In this document: piece after piece, positions 1 through 10,290 of the stretch
Layout of the letters: every line of letters starts with the position of its first letter
Numbering within the stretch: position 1 is the first letter of the stretch
The notes under the pieces: generated by a model
Databases searched by the model: none
Told to the model about the DNA's origin: nothing
What the model saw: only the letters and a program-made list of their open reading frames with translations
Position numbers and translations under genes: made by a program
IMG/VR virus record: IMGVR_UViG_3300020148_000032
Reading direction: 5' to 3' (one strand)
DNA: 64,000 nucleotides
Source of the DNA: a virus
Lineage: Duplodnaviria; Caudoviricetes

Positions 1-276
1 AGATGCGGAAGCATCGTAGATTCCGTCAATAGTGTCATAGAGAGCCTGAAGTTCAGAGTAGGCAGCCTCAGTGCGAGCCTTCTCGAGGTTGATCTGTTGT
101 GCAAGATTAATGGCCGCAAGTTCGCGAGCGTAGTCCGACTTTGCAGGGAGGGTAAACGCGGTAGTCTTAGAGGGAGTCATCTCAATGCTCGAGATAATGA
201 CGGATGTAAGAATTGCCGCGAGAGTGATTGCCGCGAGAGTGATTGCCGCTGGGATAATGATGCGAGACTTGATCAT
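1..276 (-). CDS. Secreted/membrane-anchored protein, 3'-truncated by window edge (not in ORF track)
   Basis: ATG at 276 with AGGAG RBS upstream; reads MIKSRIIIPAAITLAAITLAAILTSVIISS... open to position 1; signal-peptide-like N-terminus. Confidence 0.75.
   Translation of the reverse strand, partial: MIKSRIIIPAAITLAAITLAAILTSVIISSIEMTPSKTTAFTLPAKSDYARELAAINLAQQINLEKARTEAAYSELQALYDTIDGIYDASAS
212..249. repeat. 15-bp tandem repeat (ATTGCCGCGAGAGTG x2.5) encoding AAITL repeats
   Basis: Directly visible; in frame within the hydrophobic N-terminus of the 1-276 ORF. Confidence 0.9.
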
Positions 277-435
277 TGTAAATTACTCCTAAAAATTTAT
301 TTGATCTGTTATTAAATATTAACAAGTCTAATAGTAATTTACTTAAATATTAAAAATAATCTGTTGTAGGAAATGTCACATCTGCTCTAACGGCGTGTCT
401 CTGCGAAAAATCACACTCGCGCTCTGAAATAAAAA

Positions 436-1590
436 TTAATTAATGATTGTATTGAACTTTGGAAAATATGAGTAAAGTTCTTTAAAACTGAATTCATTAA
501 GGAAGAGGTCAGTATAAACATTCTTCGGCAAAGCTAAAGCTTTATTCTCTTTCAAAATCCGGAAAGCGTCATAAGTGAGAGAAGCTACATAATCTTGATC
601 ATTAAAATCATAGAAAAATCTCAATACTTCTACAAAGTTTTCTTCTTTAGACAACAAATAAAGAGTGATATCTGAATCAAAATAACTATAAAGCCCATCA
701 CCAATAGTTTGTGACACTGACGCACCCCAAAGGAGTAACTTCTCGCTCATATTATTCCTTTCAGAGTATAATCTTTCAAGAAACAAGAAAGAGAGATAAT
801 TTGATTGAAGCTCTTTAACAAAGTCAAGATCCCTTAAAAGATAAGGGTTAATTTTTCTGAGGATCTCATCAACCTCTAGTTCCATTAAAGAGTGATCATA
901 AGAGTTTAGTGAAAGATTCTTTAATAGAAAAGCTTCCATAATTGTTTCATCTAAAAGAAAATTCACTGTTCTGTCATTACTTAACGAATACGGCGGTAGA
1001 AAGTCTTCGTACACAAAAGTTAAAGCGGGATGCTTCTTCGCAAGCTCTTTAACTTTCTCTTCAATAATTGAACAATCAGAATCAGTAAAGATTATTGACC
1101 CTGATTGCATTAAATAGTAAGAGAACACTTCAGGAGTATAGGAAAGAGAAGAGTCTGATAAAAGACCTTCTGATGCATTAATATTTTTGTATATAACAAA
1201 CTTTCCATTTTCCTTAGTGAGTACTTCTTGCTCGCTCGAAAGTATTGGAATTTCTATGAAGTCTTCGACTTTATCGAATATTTTAGTTGTAAGATAGATC
1301 ATTCCAGAGTAGCTGTTTTTAGAGAACAAATAAGGATCAAGATCATTCCCGATTTTAGTTTTTAATCCATCTTTAGTGTTTTTCTTTAAAATCTTATCTC
1401 TAGAATCAGATGAAGTGAAAAAGATAGGGACTTTGTGAAAATTAATATTCTTATTATTCCACAGATCTTTCATGAATACGAAAACTCCGTCATATTCTAG
1501 ACATTCCTCTACTCTAGAAAGAGCTGCTTTTTGCGTATGACTTAATTTTGTTAAGTCAAACTCCTCTTTAGTAATCATGTGAAGCTCCAA
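436..1590 (-). CDS. Hypothetical protein, ~400-aa paralogue family
   Basis: 384-aa ORF; C-terminal L-x-LP-x2-(V/I)(Y/F)-x2-L motif similar to the next two ORFs. Confidence 0.75.
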   Translation of the reverse strand: MELHMITKEEFDLTKLSHTQKAALSRVEECLEYDGVFVFMKDLWNNKNINFHKVPIFFTSSDSRDKILKKNTKDGLKTKIGNDLDPYLFSKNSYSGMIYLTTKIFDKVEDFIEIPILSSEQEVLTKENGKFVIYKNINASEGLLSDSSLSYTPEVFSYYLMQSGSIIFTDSDCSIIEEKVKELAKKHPALTFVYEDFLPPYSLSNDRTVNFLLDETIMEAFLLKNLSLNSYDHSLMELEVDEILRKINPYLLRDLDFVKELQSNYLSFLFLERLYSERNNMSEKLLLWGASVSQTIGDGLYSYFDSDITLYLLSKEENFVEVLRFFYDFNDQDYVASLTYDAFRILKENKALALPKNVYTDLFLNEFSFKELYSYFPKFNTIIN

Positions 1591-1702
1591 ACTGACGAGA
1601 TCTTAAAATAATGAAGAGTTGAATCACTTATCATTTTCTGCATTTTTGAACAAAAATCACGAAAATCTTCGTTTTTGTCAGCTATAGAAACACTATAGTG
1701 TG

Positions 1703-2980
1703 TCAAGAGCTGACGCTTGTAGAACCAACTAGCTCCTCTCTAAGTTCTTTTAATTCTGATTCTGGGATAAGAAACTTCCCCAAATTCGGAAGATGAAGAT
1801 CCTTGAATATTCCGAAAGGAAGAGAAAAGAATTGTTCTTTATTTTCTATAACAGTCTTCCATTCCTCAAAGAGTAGGGAAGAGTCATAAAAACCTTCCAT
1901 ATCATGATAAAGAGTAAAGAAACGATTCAAACATTCAAAAAAATCATTCATTAAACCATTATCCCGCAAGTATTTTTGTAACTCTAGGAATTCGTCTTGA
2001 TTAGCGAACCCTAGAGTAGAGAAATTAGATAATCTATCGTTTAATACTTTTATAAAAAGATCAACGAAAGAGAGAGCCTTTTTGTCCCCGTTAAGAAGAG
2101 CTACCTTGTTATATGAGTAATAATCATGAATAAACTCGTAAAGAGAATTAGTAATATCCCTCTTCGAGTAATCTGTAATTGTACTGCTTCTATATGGGAA
2201 AAGTTTTCGTGCAATAGCATCTATATTTTTAGGAGTAAAAGAACCGTCAGCCAGGAAAGACTCAATGTAATCGTTAATGAAGAATCGTCCGAATTGCATC
2301 TTAAAATACGAATGCACATCATGTTTAGAAATTCTCATTGACTTGTCAATATGCGAGAAAAGAGAATAAATAGTCTTGACCGGGTCATTAATCGCAAATT
2401 TTTCATTTAATGAGCATACGTCTTCAATCAATTTCAAGAAAGTGCTATCCAGCCCAAACTTTGGCCCCTCATCAGAATACATTAACCATATAAGTTCTTT
2501 TAAAAGAAGGGTAAGAGAGATATCTCTAGGATTCTTGCTGGTCCGTATGACCTTATTTTTTATATCCTCATCACGATTACGATCCTCAACAAAATATACT
2601 CCACTTTCGTTTGAAAGAATAAACGACGAGAAATAACTAGTCTCCGCAAGAGAAGAAAGACCCTTATTCGCATAGCGAATAGGAGTTAAAAGAAGGATTC
2701 GATTGAAAAGAGTGATATAAGAAAACAATTTAGAGAATGAGCCATCTGTAAAAGTTTCAGGGTTCGCCCTTACCGCGCTCTTAATAAAGTTAACTTTTTC
2801 TTCATCAGACCTGTAGTAATAAACAAGATTCTCTCCGTCAATATAACGATATAACCCATGATTATTTTTAACAAAATTCAGGTAATCTTCATTTCCGTTG
2901 AAATCACTAAGCTCTACTGTTCTCGAAGAATAATAGTCTGGAATCACGTAATTATGCATGATAACCGCCTCCAACATCAA
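1703..2980 (-). CDS. Hypothetical protein, ~400-aa paralogue family
   Basis: 425-aa ORF; shares VIP..Y / GLYR N-terminus and EEWKT.I..KE.F.SLP C-terminus with 2998-4206. Confidence 0.8.
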   Translation of the reverse strand: MMLEAVIMHNYVIPDYYSSRTVELSDFNGNEDYLNFVKNNHGLYRYIDGENLVYYYRSDEEKVNFIKSAVRANPETFTDGSFSKLFSYITLFNRILLLTPIRYANKGLSSLAETSYFSSFILSNESGVYFVEDRNRDEDIKNKVIRTSKNPRDISLTLLLKELIWLMYSDEGPKFGLDSTFLKLIEDVCSLNEKFAINDPVKTIYSLFSHIDKSMRISKHDVHSYFKMQFGRFFINDYIESFLADGSFTPKNIDAIARKLFPYRSSTITDYSKRDITNSLYEFIHDYYSYNKVALLNGDKKALSFVDLFIKVLNDRLSNFSTLGFANQDEFLELQKYLRDNGLMNDFFECLNRFFTLYHDMEGFYDSSLLFEEWKTVIENKEQFFSLPFGIFKDLHLPNLGKFLIPESELKELREELVGSTSVSS

Positions 2981-2997
2981 TGCTATAGTACGAATGT

Positions 2998-4206
2998 TTA
3001 CACATCAAGGCTCCCAGTTATCATTCCATCATACGAATAAAGGCTCAAGAAAACCTCTATAGGAAGACTTAGAAATTCTTCTTTAAAAGCTATCAAAGTT
3101 TTCCATTCCTCAATAGTTAAGAATTCAAAATCGCGCGAATAAGTTAAAAGCTCTTCATATGCTTTCAAATAGAGCTTCAAGATCTTCTCATCTTTTGATT
3201 CAGCATAAAATCTACAAAAATTCAAGACATTTTCTTCCGTCATGAATCCAATACTGAAGTATGAATTATAATCATATGAATCATAATCACCTGCTGCGGA
3301 ATAAGAGCGAATGAAATCTTTAATGTCAAGTTTTTCTTTATGAGAATATTCGACTAAAGCATCAACAAAATAAGCAGAGTAATAACTCTCAGAAAGCTTC
3401 TTGAGTCTTCTGATAGAATAATCAAACTCATCTTCCCACCGTTGGTAAACATAAGAGTTATTTGAATCTCTTTTAAAATACCCATTCTTCAAATATGAAA
3501 TGACTAAACTATCATGAAAAATTTTAAGTTGCCCAGCAACGAACACCCTCGTCCATTGATCGGTTTTAAATTCTTCTTTTACGTCCTCTACGAAAGAAAG
3601 AAAGTGAGCTCTAGATGCAAAACACTTTAAAGAGTCGTTTCTGTACTCTGAATTTTCATATACTGTTTTAAGATCCTCAAAAGTTTTATTAGTAACAGAA
3701 CGAAAATCAGTAATAAGGGTAAGAGCGATAGTCTCTCTAATCATGTCAAGTAAGTCAGAGTTTTCCACATCGTTGACAAAACGAATTACTCTTTCTTTCA
3801 TATCATTTCGTCTTTCAGGGTGTTGAATCATATATACTTTATTGCTTGAAGAGTAAATGAAAAGAGAATTAATAGTTGTCTGGTGATACTTTAAAAGGTT
3901 CTCTCTTTCCTTGATTTCATTAGGAACGAAAGTGATTTTATGAGCCCAACCAAGATATTGAAGTTCGTAAGAAATAGTACTATCGACAGTATTTTTTATA
4001 CTGGTGAACCCTTTATCCATTAACCACTTGATTATTTCGTAAGCCTCATTAACAGAGTCATAATAGTAAGTGATAATTTCATCTGCAGAATACAATCTGT
4101 AAAGACCGGGGAACCTCTTGAAGAATAGCAAGAGTTTTTCTTCAGTATTTTCAATAGTAAGAGGTTCTTTCTTGTAATCATTTGGGATTACTAAATTTTC
4201 TAGCAT
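2998..4206 (-). CDS. Hypothetical protein, ~400-aa paralogue family
   Basis: 402-aa ORF, paralogue of 1703-2980, with consensus promoter upstream. Confidence 0.8.
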   Translation of the reverse strand: MLENLVIPNDYKKEPLTIENTEEKLLLFFKRFPGLYRLYSADEIITYYYDSVNEAYEIIKWLMDKGFTSIKNTVDSTISYELQYLGWAHKITFVPNEIKERENLLKYHQTTINSLFIYSSSNKVYMIQHPERRNDMKERVIRFVNDVENSDLLDMIRETIALTLITDFRSVTNKTFEDLKTVYENSEYRNDSLKCFASRAHFLSFVEDVKEEFKTDQWTRVFVAGQLKIFHDSLVISYLKNGYFKRDSNNSYVYQRWEDEFDYSIRRLKKLSESYYSAYFVDALVEYSHKEKLDIKDFIRSYSAAGDYDSYDYNSYFSIGFMTEENVLNFCRFYAESKDEKILKLYLKAYEELLTYSRDFEFLTIEEWKTLIAFKEEFLSLPIEVFLSLYSYDGMITGSLDV

Positions 4207-4229
4207 AAGAGCCTCTTTCTTCTAAAAAG

Positions 4230-4258
4230 ATTCTATCAAAAATTAAGTATTTTGTCAA
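4230..4258 (-). promoter_or_regulatory. Sigma70/SigA-type promoter
   Basis: TTGACA-17 nt-TAGAAT upstream of 4206. Confidence 0.75.
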
Positions 4259-4312
4259 TTCTTTAACTTACTTGTCATAATACTATAAAGCTTACTATGG
4301 AAGGACTTTTAA

Positions 4313-4906
4313 GTGAGCAAATTATACTTTCGCTATGGAGCGATGAATTCTGGAAAGTCAATGAACATTGCAATCATTGCTCATAATTATGAAGAGCGTG
4401 ATCAAGAAGTTCTTATTATTAAACCAACGATAGATACTAAAAGTGTTCTTATTCAATCACGGTCTGGGTTAGAACGAAAAGTTGATATCCCGGTTACTCC
4501 AGATATGCGTAACCTTAGAGAAAGAGTTTTCCAAGAGTCTCTTACGAAAGATAACAAGTTGGGGTGCGTCATTGTTGATGAAGCTCAATTCTTAAAGTCA
4601 GAACAAATTGACGAGCTTTTTAATATAGCGGTACTTGATAATATTCCAGTTATTTGTTTTGGGCTCAGAACAGATTTCCAAACAAAACTTTTCGAAGGTT
4701 CTAAAAGGCTTTTAGAGTTAGCACATAGTATTGATGAGATGAAGACTATTTGTCGCTGCGGGCGAAAGGCTATTTTTAACGCTAGGCGGGTTGATGGAAT
4801 TTTTGTTCTTGAGGGTTCGCAAGTAGCCATTGATGGAGAAGTAGAATATGAATCTAAATGCGGCGAATGTTATATTCGTGATGCTAGGGGGAGTAAAGAG
4901 TTCTAA
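4313..4906 (+). CDS. tdk: Thymidine kinase
   Basis: YGAMNSGKS P-loop, VDEAQF, GLRTDF and C-terminal Zn-binding Cys pairs (CRCG...CGEC). Confidence 0.96.
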   Translation: MSKLYFRYGAMNSGKSMNIAIIAHNYEERDQEVLIIKPTIDTKSVLIQSRSGLERKVDIPVTPDMRNLRERVFQESLTKDNKLGCVIVDEAQFLKSEQIDELFNIAVLDNIPVICFGLRTDFQTKLFEGSKRLLELAHSIDEMKTICRCGRKAIFNARRVDGIFVLEGSQVAIDGEVEYESKCGECYIRDARGSKEF

Positions 4907-4983
4907 AGTCTGGAGAACATATATAGACTGAAACTAATCCAAATCACTCTCGAATCATCCTCTGAATTTCCTCGTGAAGGATT

Positions 4984-5250
4984 TCAGTGTTTAACTTCCT
5001 TCTCGAACTTCTCTGAGTTCCTTGCAAATTCATCAACTACATCTTCCATTTTCTGTACCTCTTCACGAAATAATGTGTTGACTATTTCTGTTTCCTACTT
5101 AAGTAACTCTGTAGTTTTTTCATTTGCTTTACGAATCTTTTCATTTGCTTTACGAATCTTGCGGCTGTGATAAATAATCAAAGAAAAACCTACCACATAA
5201 GCCACGGCTTGTAAAATGTTGATGAAAAGGGTTGCTTCTTTTAATGTCAT
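4984..5250 (-). pseudogene. Small TM plus coiled-coil ORF interrupted by one in-frame TAG
   Basis: ATG at 5250 overlaps upstream stop (ATGA); 51 codons, TAG at 5097-5095, then 36 more coiled-coil-like codons. Confidence 0.45.
5119..5160. repeat. 21-bp tandem duplication (encodes KIRKANE x2)
   Basis: TTCATTTGCTTTACGAATCTT twice. Confidence 0.9.
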
Positions 5251-5576
5251 TTATTAATCCTCTCGAAAGTAAGAAGAAGATCATTCAGCATTCTCATTGC
5301 ATCTTTTTCCTCATCATTTGTTGTCACAAAGAATGAACCCCCTGAAGAGTCAATCCATTCCTGAGCCTTCGAATTAATATTCTCGCGAGAATCTTCAATG
5401 GCTGTTGAGTCCTCCAAATGAATGAAATTTGCAGGAGCATCACTTCTGAAAGAAAGCTCTTGATTGACTTTTTCAGAGAACTTGTAAATGTCATAGTGCT
5501 CACCGATAACAACCCTCTTGAAAACTTTTGGGCCACTTGGTGAATTAATAGTTGCGATGAATTCTTTACCTAACAT
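5247..5576 (-). CDS. Hypothetical protein
   Basis: 109-aa ORF with RBS, directly downstream of the nucleotidyltransferase. Confidence 0.65.
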   Translation of the reverse strand: MLGKEFIATINSPSGPKVFKRVVIGEHYDIYKFSEKVNQELSFRSDAPANFIHLEDSTAIEDSRENINSKAQEWIDSSGGSFFVTTNDEEKDAMRMLNDLLLTFERINK

Positions 5577-5597
5577 TAGTTAACCTACCTTAATAGT

Positions 5598-7013
5598 TTA
5601 AAATGGAAATTTTTCTTCTTTAGAGAACATCCTTTTGTAATCATTCTTAAAAGCTCGTAAAGTACTAGCGTAATTCTTATCTTTCTCATCATCACATTTC
5701 TCGCCAAACAAATCAGAAATAATGTTCATGGGAAGATCCGAAGATGAAATAATATTCTCCGTTGAGAATGAAGAAGAAGTAAATCTGTAATCACCCTCAA
5801 AGTCATTAATAAACCTCGAGAGGAAATTAGCGAAAGCTTTAGGTTGAGGACCTTCTACAAAATTCTCATGAATGATCTCACGGTTAGACTTGTTCTTTGC
5901 AAGAATGAAGTGACCGCGTTCATCATCACGAGTGAAATAAATAAAGAAAAGAATTGCTTGAATTTCCTTCAAAGTAAAGAGCGATAAGTTATCTTCTAAG
6001 AATTTAAGGATTCTCCAATTATAATAGAGGGCATTTTTCTTGTTGCGGTCAAAGGAAACAATTGCATTTTTGTCTTTATTCTCCACGGAAACAAGAGCTT
6101 TGTAATACACAGAGTTAAGTATCGAGCCCCAAAATTCGAGTAGAACATCAAGGTTATAACCCGGGTCAGTAATAGAAAGAAGGAACTCTTTAATACTATT
6201 ACGAATAATAATCTGTTTTGAGTAACTTCCATTATCGTTAAGAGAAACGTAAGTTTTGAAAAGAGCTAGTTTCTTAATGAAGAATTCACCGTCTTTCTTT
6301 GAAATGTACTTTTGTCGATTATCGTCACCTTCAAAGTAATTCGATAGTACTTCTTTCACAAGACTGTAATCATTAATGTCCAATTCATAACCGTAGGCCA
6401 TGTAACGGCCTAATCGTTCAAAGAACATTTCATTAGAGGCTTGAGCATTCCGCCTAATAGAGAACTTCTTTTTCTTAATATTCTCTAGAACATTCACTTT
6501 TCTATAAGAATGAATAAGACCAAGGTCATCAAGAAATAAAGAATAATGAGTAATGTCAATGTCAAAATCTTTGATAATCTCAGACGGTTTTCCAAACTTG
6601 TTCTTAATGAGTTCTACCGTGTAATTTTCATACTTGTATGAACTCATATAAAATGCAATGCAGTTCTCATTCTCGTAGAGGAGACTCGCATCTGAATGTT
6701 CCTGATAGAATTTTAGAGTGCGATCAAAATCTTCTTGATTAAGGAAATAGATATCGTAATCTTTTGGTTTCTTAAAGTTAAAAAGGTCTTTAAAGCAACC
6801 CCCAGCGATGTACCCTGGGTGAGAATACAAAATTCTCAAGGGTGTCTTTAGATCAGAGTGATATGGAAGAACAGCCTCTTCATAACCATCATCAAACGTG
6901 TGGATGATCTCGTCAGTTTCACCAATGGGATAAATGTCACCACTTAGGCGGTCAAGGTCCTGCAGAATCTGCGTGATCTGACGTTCGAGCGAGAAAGCCC
7001 TTCGTGTCTCCAT
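5598..7013 (-). CDS. Pol-beta superfamily nucleotidyltransferase (CCA/poly(A)-polymerase-like head) with helical C-terminus
   Basis: YIAGGCFKD...KDYDIYF catalytic motif, VELI, DFDIDIT, ERLGRY..YGY. Confidence 0.8.
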   Translation of the reverse strand: METRRAFSLERQITQILQDLDRLSGDIYPIGETDEIIHTFDDGYEEAVLPYHSDLKTPLRILYSHPGYIAGGCFKDLFNFKKPKDYDIYFLNQEDFDRTLKFYQEHSDASLLYENENCIAFYMSSYKYENYTVELIKNKFGKPSEIIKDFDIDITHYSLFLDDLGLIHSYRKVNVLENIKKKKFSIRRNAQASNEMFFERLGRYMAYGYELDINDYSLVKEVLSNYFEGDDNRQKYISKKDGEFFIKKLALFKTYVSLNDNGSYSKQIIIRNSIKEFLLSITDPGYNLDVLLEFWGSILNSVYYKALVSVENKDKNAIVSFDRNKKNALYYNWRILKFLEDNLSLFTLKEIQAILFFIYFTRDDERGHFILAKNKSNREIIHENFVEGPQPKAFANFLSRFINDFEGDYRFTSSSFSTENIISSSDLPMNIISDLFGEKCDDEKDKNYASTLRAFKNDYKRMFSKEEKFPF

Positions 7014-7038
7014 TTCTGACTCCTTTCACCGATTATTC

Positions 7039-7067
7039 TATCTTATCACAAAAGAACTCTGGGGTCA
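7039..7067 (-). promoter_or_regulatory. Sigma70/SigA-type promoter
   Basis: TTGACC-17 nt-TAAGAT upstream of 7013. Confidence 0.6.
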
Positions 7068-7168
7068 ACCTGATAAAGCAAGTCAGCCATTATGAGTCCT
7101 TAATCATTGTTAACGTATGATTTCATCATTTTATCGCATCGTGTTAATAAGATCAACATTTGTTGACT

Positions 7169-7627
7169 TTAGTTAATAATTTCACAGACAAGCGAGTCTT
7201 TTTTTGTACAGTGAAGGGTAATCTCATTCCCCACATATAAACTTTTAGATCCCCCAGACAATACAACATACTCGTTATTATCATTTTCAAAAGTAACAGT
7301 AAAAGTAGTTGGTTCATTCACTGTTGAATAAGTAGGATTTACCGTATTGATAGTTCCAGAATATTCGAAAACGAAGAGAGAATCAAGAGACATTTTTGGG
7401 AAAAAAAGAAAAATAGAAAAAATACCCTCAATTATGAGGAGGATAAGCAAGGTCACTTTTACTTGAGTCTTTTTTATCAGAGAAATGTTTTGACTTGGTT
7501 CAATAATATATAGGTAAGAGAGAATTCCAAAAATCTCAAAAACAAGTAAAGCAGTGAAAGCTGTTCCTCCCGCGTTTAGACCAATATTCATTAATATCTT
7601 CCTTTCTCGTTGGTAAAATATTACCAT
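7169..7627 (-). CDS. Membrane protein (2 TM plus small Cys-containing extracellular domain)
   Basis: Hydrophobic segments; likely start at MNIGL (7591) after AGGAAG RBS. Confidence 0.65.
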   Translation of the reverse strand: MVIFYQRERKILMNIGLNAGGTAFTALLVFEIFGILSYLYIIEPSQNISLIKKTQVKVTLLILLIIEGIFSIFLFFPKMSLDSLFVFEYSGTINTVNPTYSTVNEPTTFTVTFENDNNEYVVLSGGSKSLYVGNEITLHCTKKDSLVCEIIN

Positions 7628-7649
7628 AATTTTTGATAAGGATTTAATT

Positions 7650-8309
7650 ATGAACTGGACCCTCTATTTTTTTGTTATGCCTTTTCTTTTTACTCTTCCA
7701 GCTCTATTTGCTCCGAAAGTGAATGAAGATAGAATCAAATTCCCAGCAGCCAGTAAAACGACAAGAATTATTTTCGCTTTTTTAAATGTTGTTTTCTTTC
7801 TATCAATTACTTTTCTTTTTATTATAAATTCTATGGAAACAGTGTTTATACTCTCTTATAATTTTTATCTTATCATTGCATTCATTGTAAGTACCTCAAT
7901 CCTTATCTCTAGACTAAAAACAAAAAAGAATGGTTGGATGCTTTTCCCAATTGTTTCAAACAGCATTATTATTCTAGGGATTGCACTTATCACTCTTTTT
8001 GCTCACGTTGAAAAATCTGCGTCTTATATTGATTCGTCTAGAGCTCCAATTACGCTCGAAGATTACGACTCAACTCCAATTGTTGACAATGTTTTTAACC
8101 TAGAGGCAAAGGGTTACTTGAGCGCTTTTGATTTAAATGGAGAAAAATTTTATATTGAAAGTATCACTACACAATATTCAAGCAACCCTGGAGAGTCATA
8201 TCTCATTACGTTCAAATGTATTGATGTTTTCACTAGATACTCTTCAGATTATTGTTACACTCAAGTGATTGAAGTTACGCACATTATACAGAAAGCCGAA
8301 AATTCATGA
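7650..8309 (+). CDS. Multi-TM membrane protein, paralogue of 12078-12770
   Basis: About 4 TM plus C-terminal C-x-D...CY...V-x-H domain shared with 12078-12770. Confidence 0.75.
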   Translation: MNWTLYFFVMPFLFTLPALFAPKVNEDRIKFPAASKTTRIIFAFLNVVFFLSITFLFIINSMETVFILSYNFYLIIAFIVSTSILISRLKTKKNGWMLFPIVSNSIIILGIALITLFAHVEKSASYIDSSRAPITLEDYDSTPIVDNVFNLEAKGYLSAFDLNGEKFYIESITTQYSSNPGESYLITFKCIDVFTRYSSDYCYTQVIEVTHIIQKAENS

Positions 8310-8391
8310 TTATACATCCCGTTAAATGAGTATACCCTCACTCACGTTATTCCTTATGTTGAAGACCCAATAAAAGGAAACACGTAAATTA

Positions 8392-8420
8392 TTGACTTTA
8401 GTCCAAGTTTCGCATATAAT
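8392..8420 (+). promoter_or_regulatory. Sigma70/SigA-type promoter
   Basis: TTGACT-17 nt-TATAAT. Confidence 0.7.
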
Positions 8421-8557
8421 AGAAAAATGTAATAACTTCTAAGGAGTCACTCATGAACCTGCATTTTCGACTTGGCGTTATCGCGTCTTCGGGTTCTGCT
8501 CTTATTCCTGTGGTTATTTTCGGAACAAGACTTCTAGAGCACATGTAAGGATCTACC

Positions 8558-9079
8558 ATGACAATCGTTTCCCTTCTGCCGATCCCCATTCTTAAAGCGA
8601 ATGAGGCAGAAGAGAAGAATTATAAGAATTCCGAAAGACCGCTTACCGCTGAAGAAAAGCGTTTCATTAACGGTTTAGGTGTTGGAAAAACTTTTACTAT
8701 ACGTCAGAAGTCTGCGGCTAGCAAGACTTCTATCGTAAAGAACATCACGCGCGAAGGATTTCACTACACTGAGGTAGAGGGCGGTTCTCAATCCTTCTTT
8801 CCATACGCGAATGCTCTCCGAGTCGAATGGACTAACGAGCCAAACTCCGTAAGTTTTGGAAAGTTCTACAGCTTTGAAGAGGCTCTCGAAGGGAAAATAA
8901 AGATTCTTACGTCCCTTGGTAAGGATTTTTCAATCGGAGCGAGAAACAAGAAGACTTATAGAGTATCTAGTCGAAATTCTAACGGTGTCTCTCTCATTGA
9001 GTTTAATAATGGATCCCGCGTTCCTGGAACCCAGAAGTTTTACTTGTATACTGAACTATTTAATATTGTCATGATTTGA
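8558..9079 (+). CDS. Hypothetical protein
   Basis: 173-aa ORF with AAGGA RBS; two loosely similar halves (GKTFTI / GKDFSI; FFPY / FYLY). Confidence 0.7.
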   Translation: MTIVSLLPIPILKANEAEEKNYKNSERPLTAEEKRFINGLGVGKTFTIRQKSAASKTSIVKNITREGFHYTEVEGGSQSFFPYANALRVEWTNEPNSVSFGKFYSFEEALEGKIKILTSLGKDFSIGARNKKTYRVSSRNSNGVSLIEFNNGSRVPGTQKFYLYTELFNIVMI

Positions 9080-9248
9080 ACATTGGAGTAATCATTATGA
9101 AGAAATTGAAAGATCAAGTTGATTTATCAAATTTGAAGAACAAGGATTTCCTCATTGCAGTAGCAATTATTGCTCTCCCATTTTTTGCAGCTTTTGGAAT
9201 CATTAATTTTATTATCTTGGGTTAAGTATAGGAAAGCGGTTATACATT

Positions 9249-9539
9249 ATGACGAATCTTGAAGATGCAACTCTTGAACAGCTTCTTAGTGAAATTGGGG
9301 CGCGCTTTCCAAAAGAAGCAAATGTTGAGTTCTTCTACACCACTGATACTCCTCATCAGTGGTCTAGCGGTCCGCGTTTGAACTTTTACGATAGTGAAAA
9401 AAGAGACTTTATCCATGACTTTGATCGAGCTCGCGAGTGTGCTTTGAAAGCCCGCGCTGGAAAAGTAGGATATGAATCTCACGTTGTTACTTCTTTTGGA
9501 GTTCTTATCAAAACTCGCGATAGGGATTCTAATTCATAA
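9249..9539 (+). CDS. Hypothetical protein
   Basis: 96-aa ORF with RBS. Confidence 0.65.
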   Translation: MTNLEDATLEQLLSEIGARFPKEANVEFFYTTDTPHQWSSGPRLNFYDSEKRDFIHDFDRARECALKARAGKVGYESHVVTSFGVLIKTRDRDSNS

Positions 9540-9881
9540 TGAAAAATGATGAGTGGACTTTCCCAGAAAATGTGAACATCGCTCTCTTGGAGAGCATCAA
9601 TTCAGCTCTAGAAAATGAAGAGAGCTATAATGATTGACATTAAGGCTTCTTATGTAGAGAAAAACACTCTAGTGAGAGCTTAATGAAACATTGTCAAAGA
9701 AAAATCAAACATTCCTCAAAAATTACTTTGATAAGTTGTGTAATTTCTTCTTAATATTCTCAATAAGTTCTTTATAAGCCTCTTTAAGAAGATCTTTTTC
9801 AGTTGACATTTAGACTCCTTTTCAATTGATAAACATAGAAATGCATGTTATTATTATGACAAGAGTGAAAGGAAATTCTTC

Positions 9882-10253
9882 ATGTCAACTACAGTTATTG
9901 ATTTTATTACAAATCAAAGCTCTCCATATAGTCTTGTATGTGACGTTCTTGAGCTCATCTACGAGAACAAGATTCATTATCTGGACCTAGTCCTTGTCAA
10001 GGCTCCAGATAATAATGATAGCGACGGTTCAGCGCAACACCCATACCCAGTGAACTTTGGCTATAACTCTGCCACTGAGGACGATTTTGCTCTAGCGTCA
10101 ACAATTGGGGTATACGATTACTTTGGACTTCGCGATTCTTCTTCTGATACATATTCATCTGAAGGTGCTTATACTGGTAATCAGTACGAGAGGGATCCAA
10201 ATTCATCCTTTACGAGAGCTCTTGTACTTGACCCTCCCGCATACACTCTTTAA
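9882..10253 (+). CDS. Hypothetical protein
   Basis: 123-aa ORF with AAGGA RBS, followed by a strong terminator. Confidence 0.7.
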   Translation: MSTTVIDFITNQSSPYSLVCDVLELIYENKIHYLDLVLVKAPDNNDSDGSAQHPYPVNFGYNSATEDDFALASTIGVYDYFGLRDSSSDTYSSEGAYTGNQYERDPNSSFTRALVLDPPAYTL

Positions 10254-10254
10254 A

Positions 10255-10290
10255 CTTTTAAGGCGGTGCCGAATGGCACCGCCTTAAAAG
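10255..10290. terminator. Bidirectional intrinsic terminator
   Basis: CTTTTAAGGCGGTGCC-GAAT-GGCACCGCCTTAAAAG perfect hairpin between convergent genes. Confidence 0.85.

Noticed and set aside
97-315. Plus-strand 72-aa ORF with CRESD repeats
   Set aside because: Antisense shadow of the minus-strand ORF starting at 276, which has an RBS and a signal-like N-terminus.
5095-5097. Genome-wide TAG recoding
   Set aside because: Long conserved genes are intact in the standard code, and pilT ends at TAG at the expected length.
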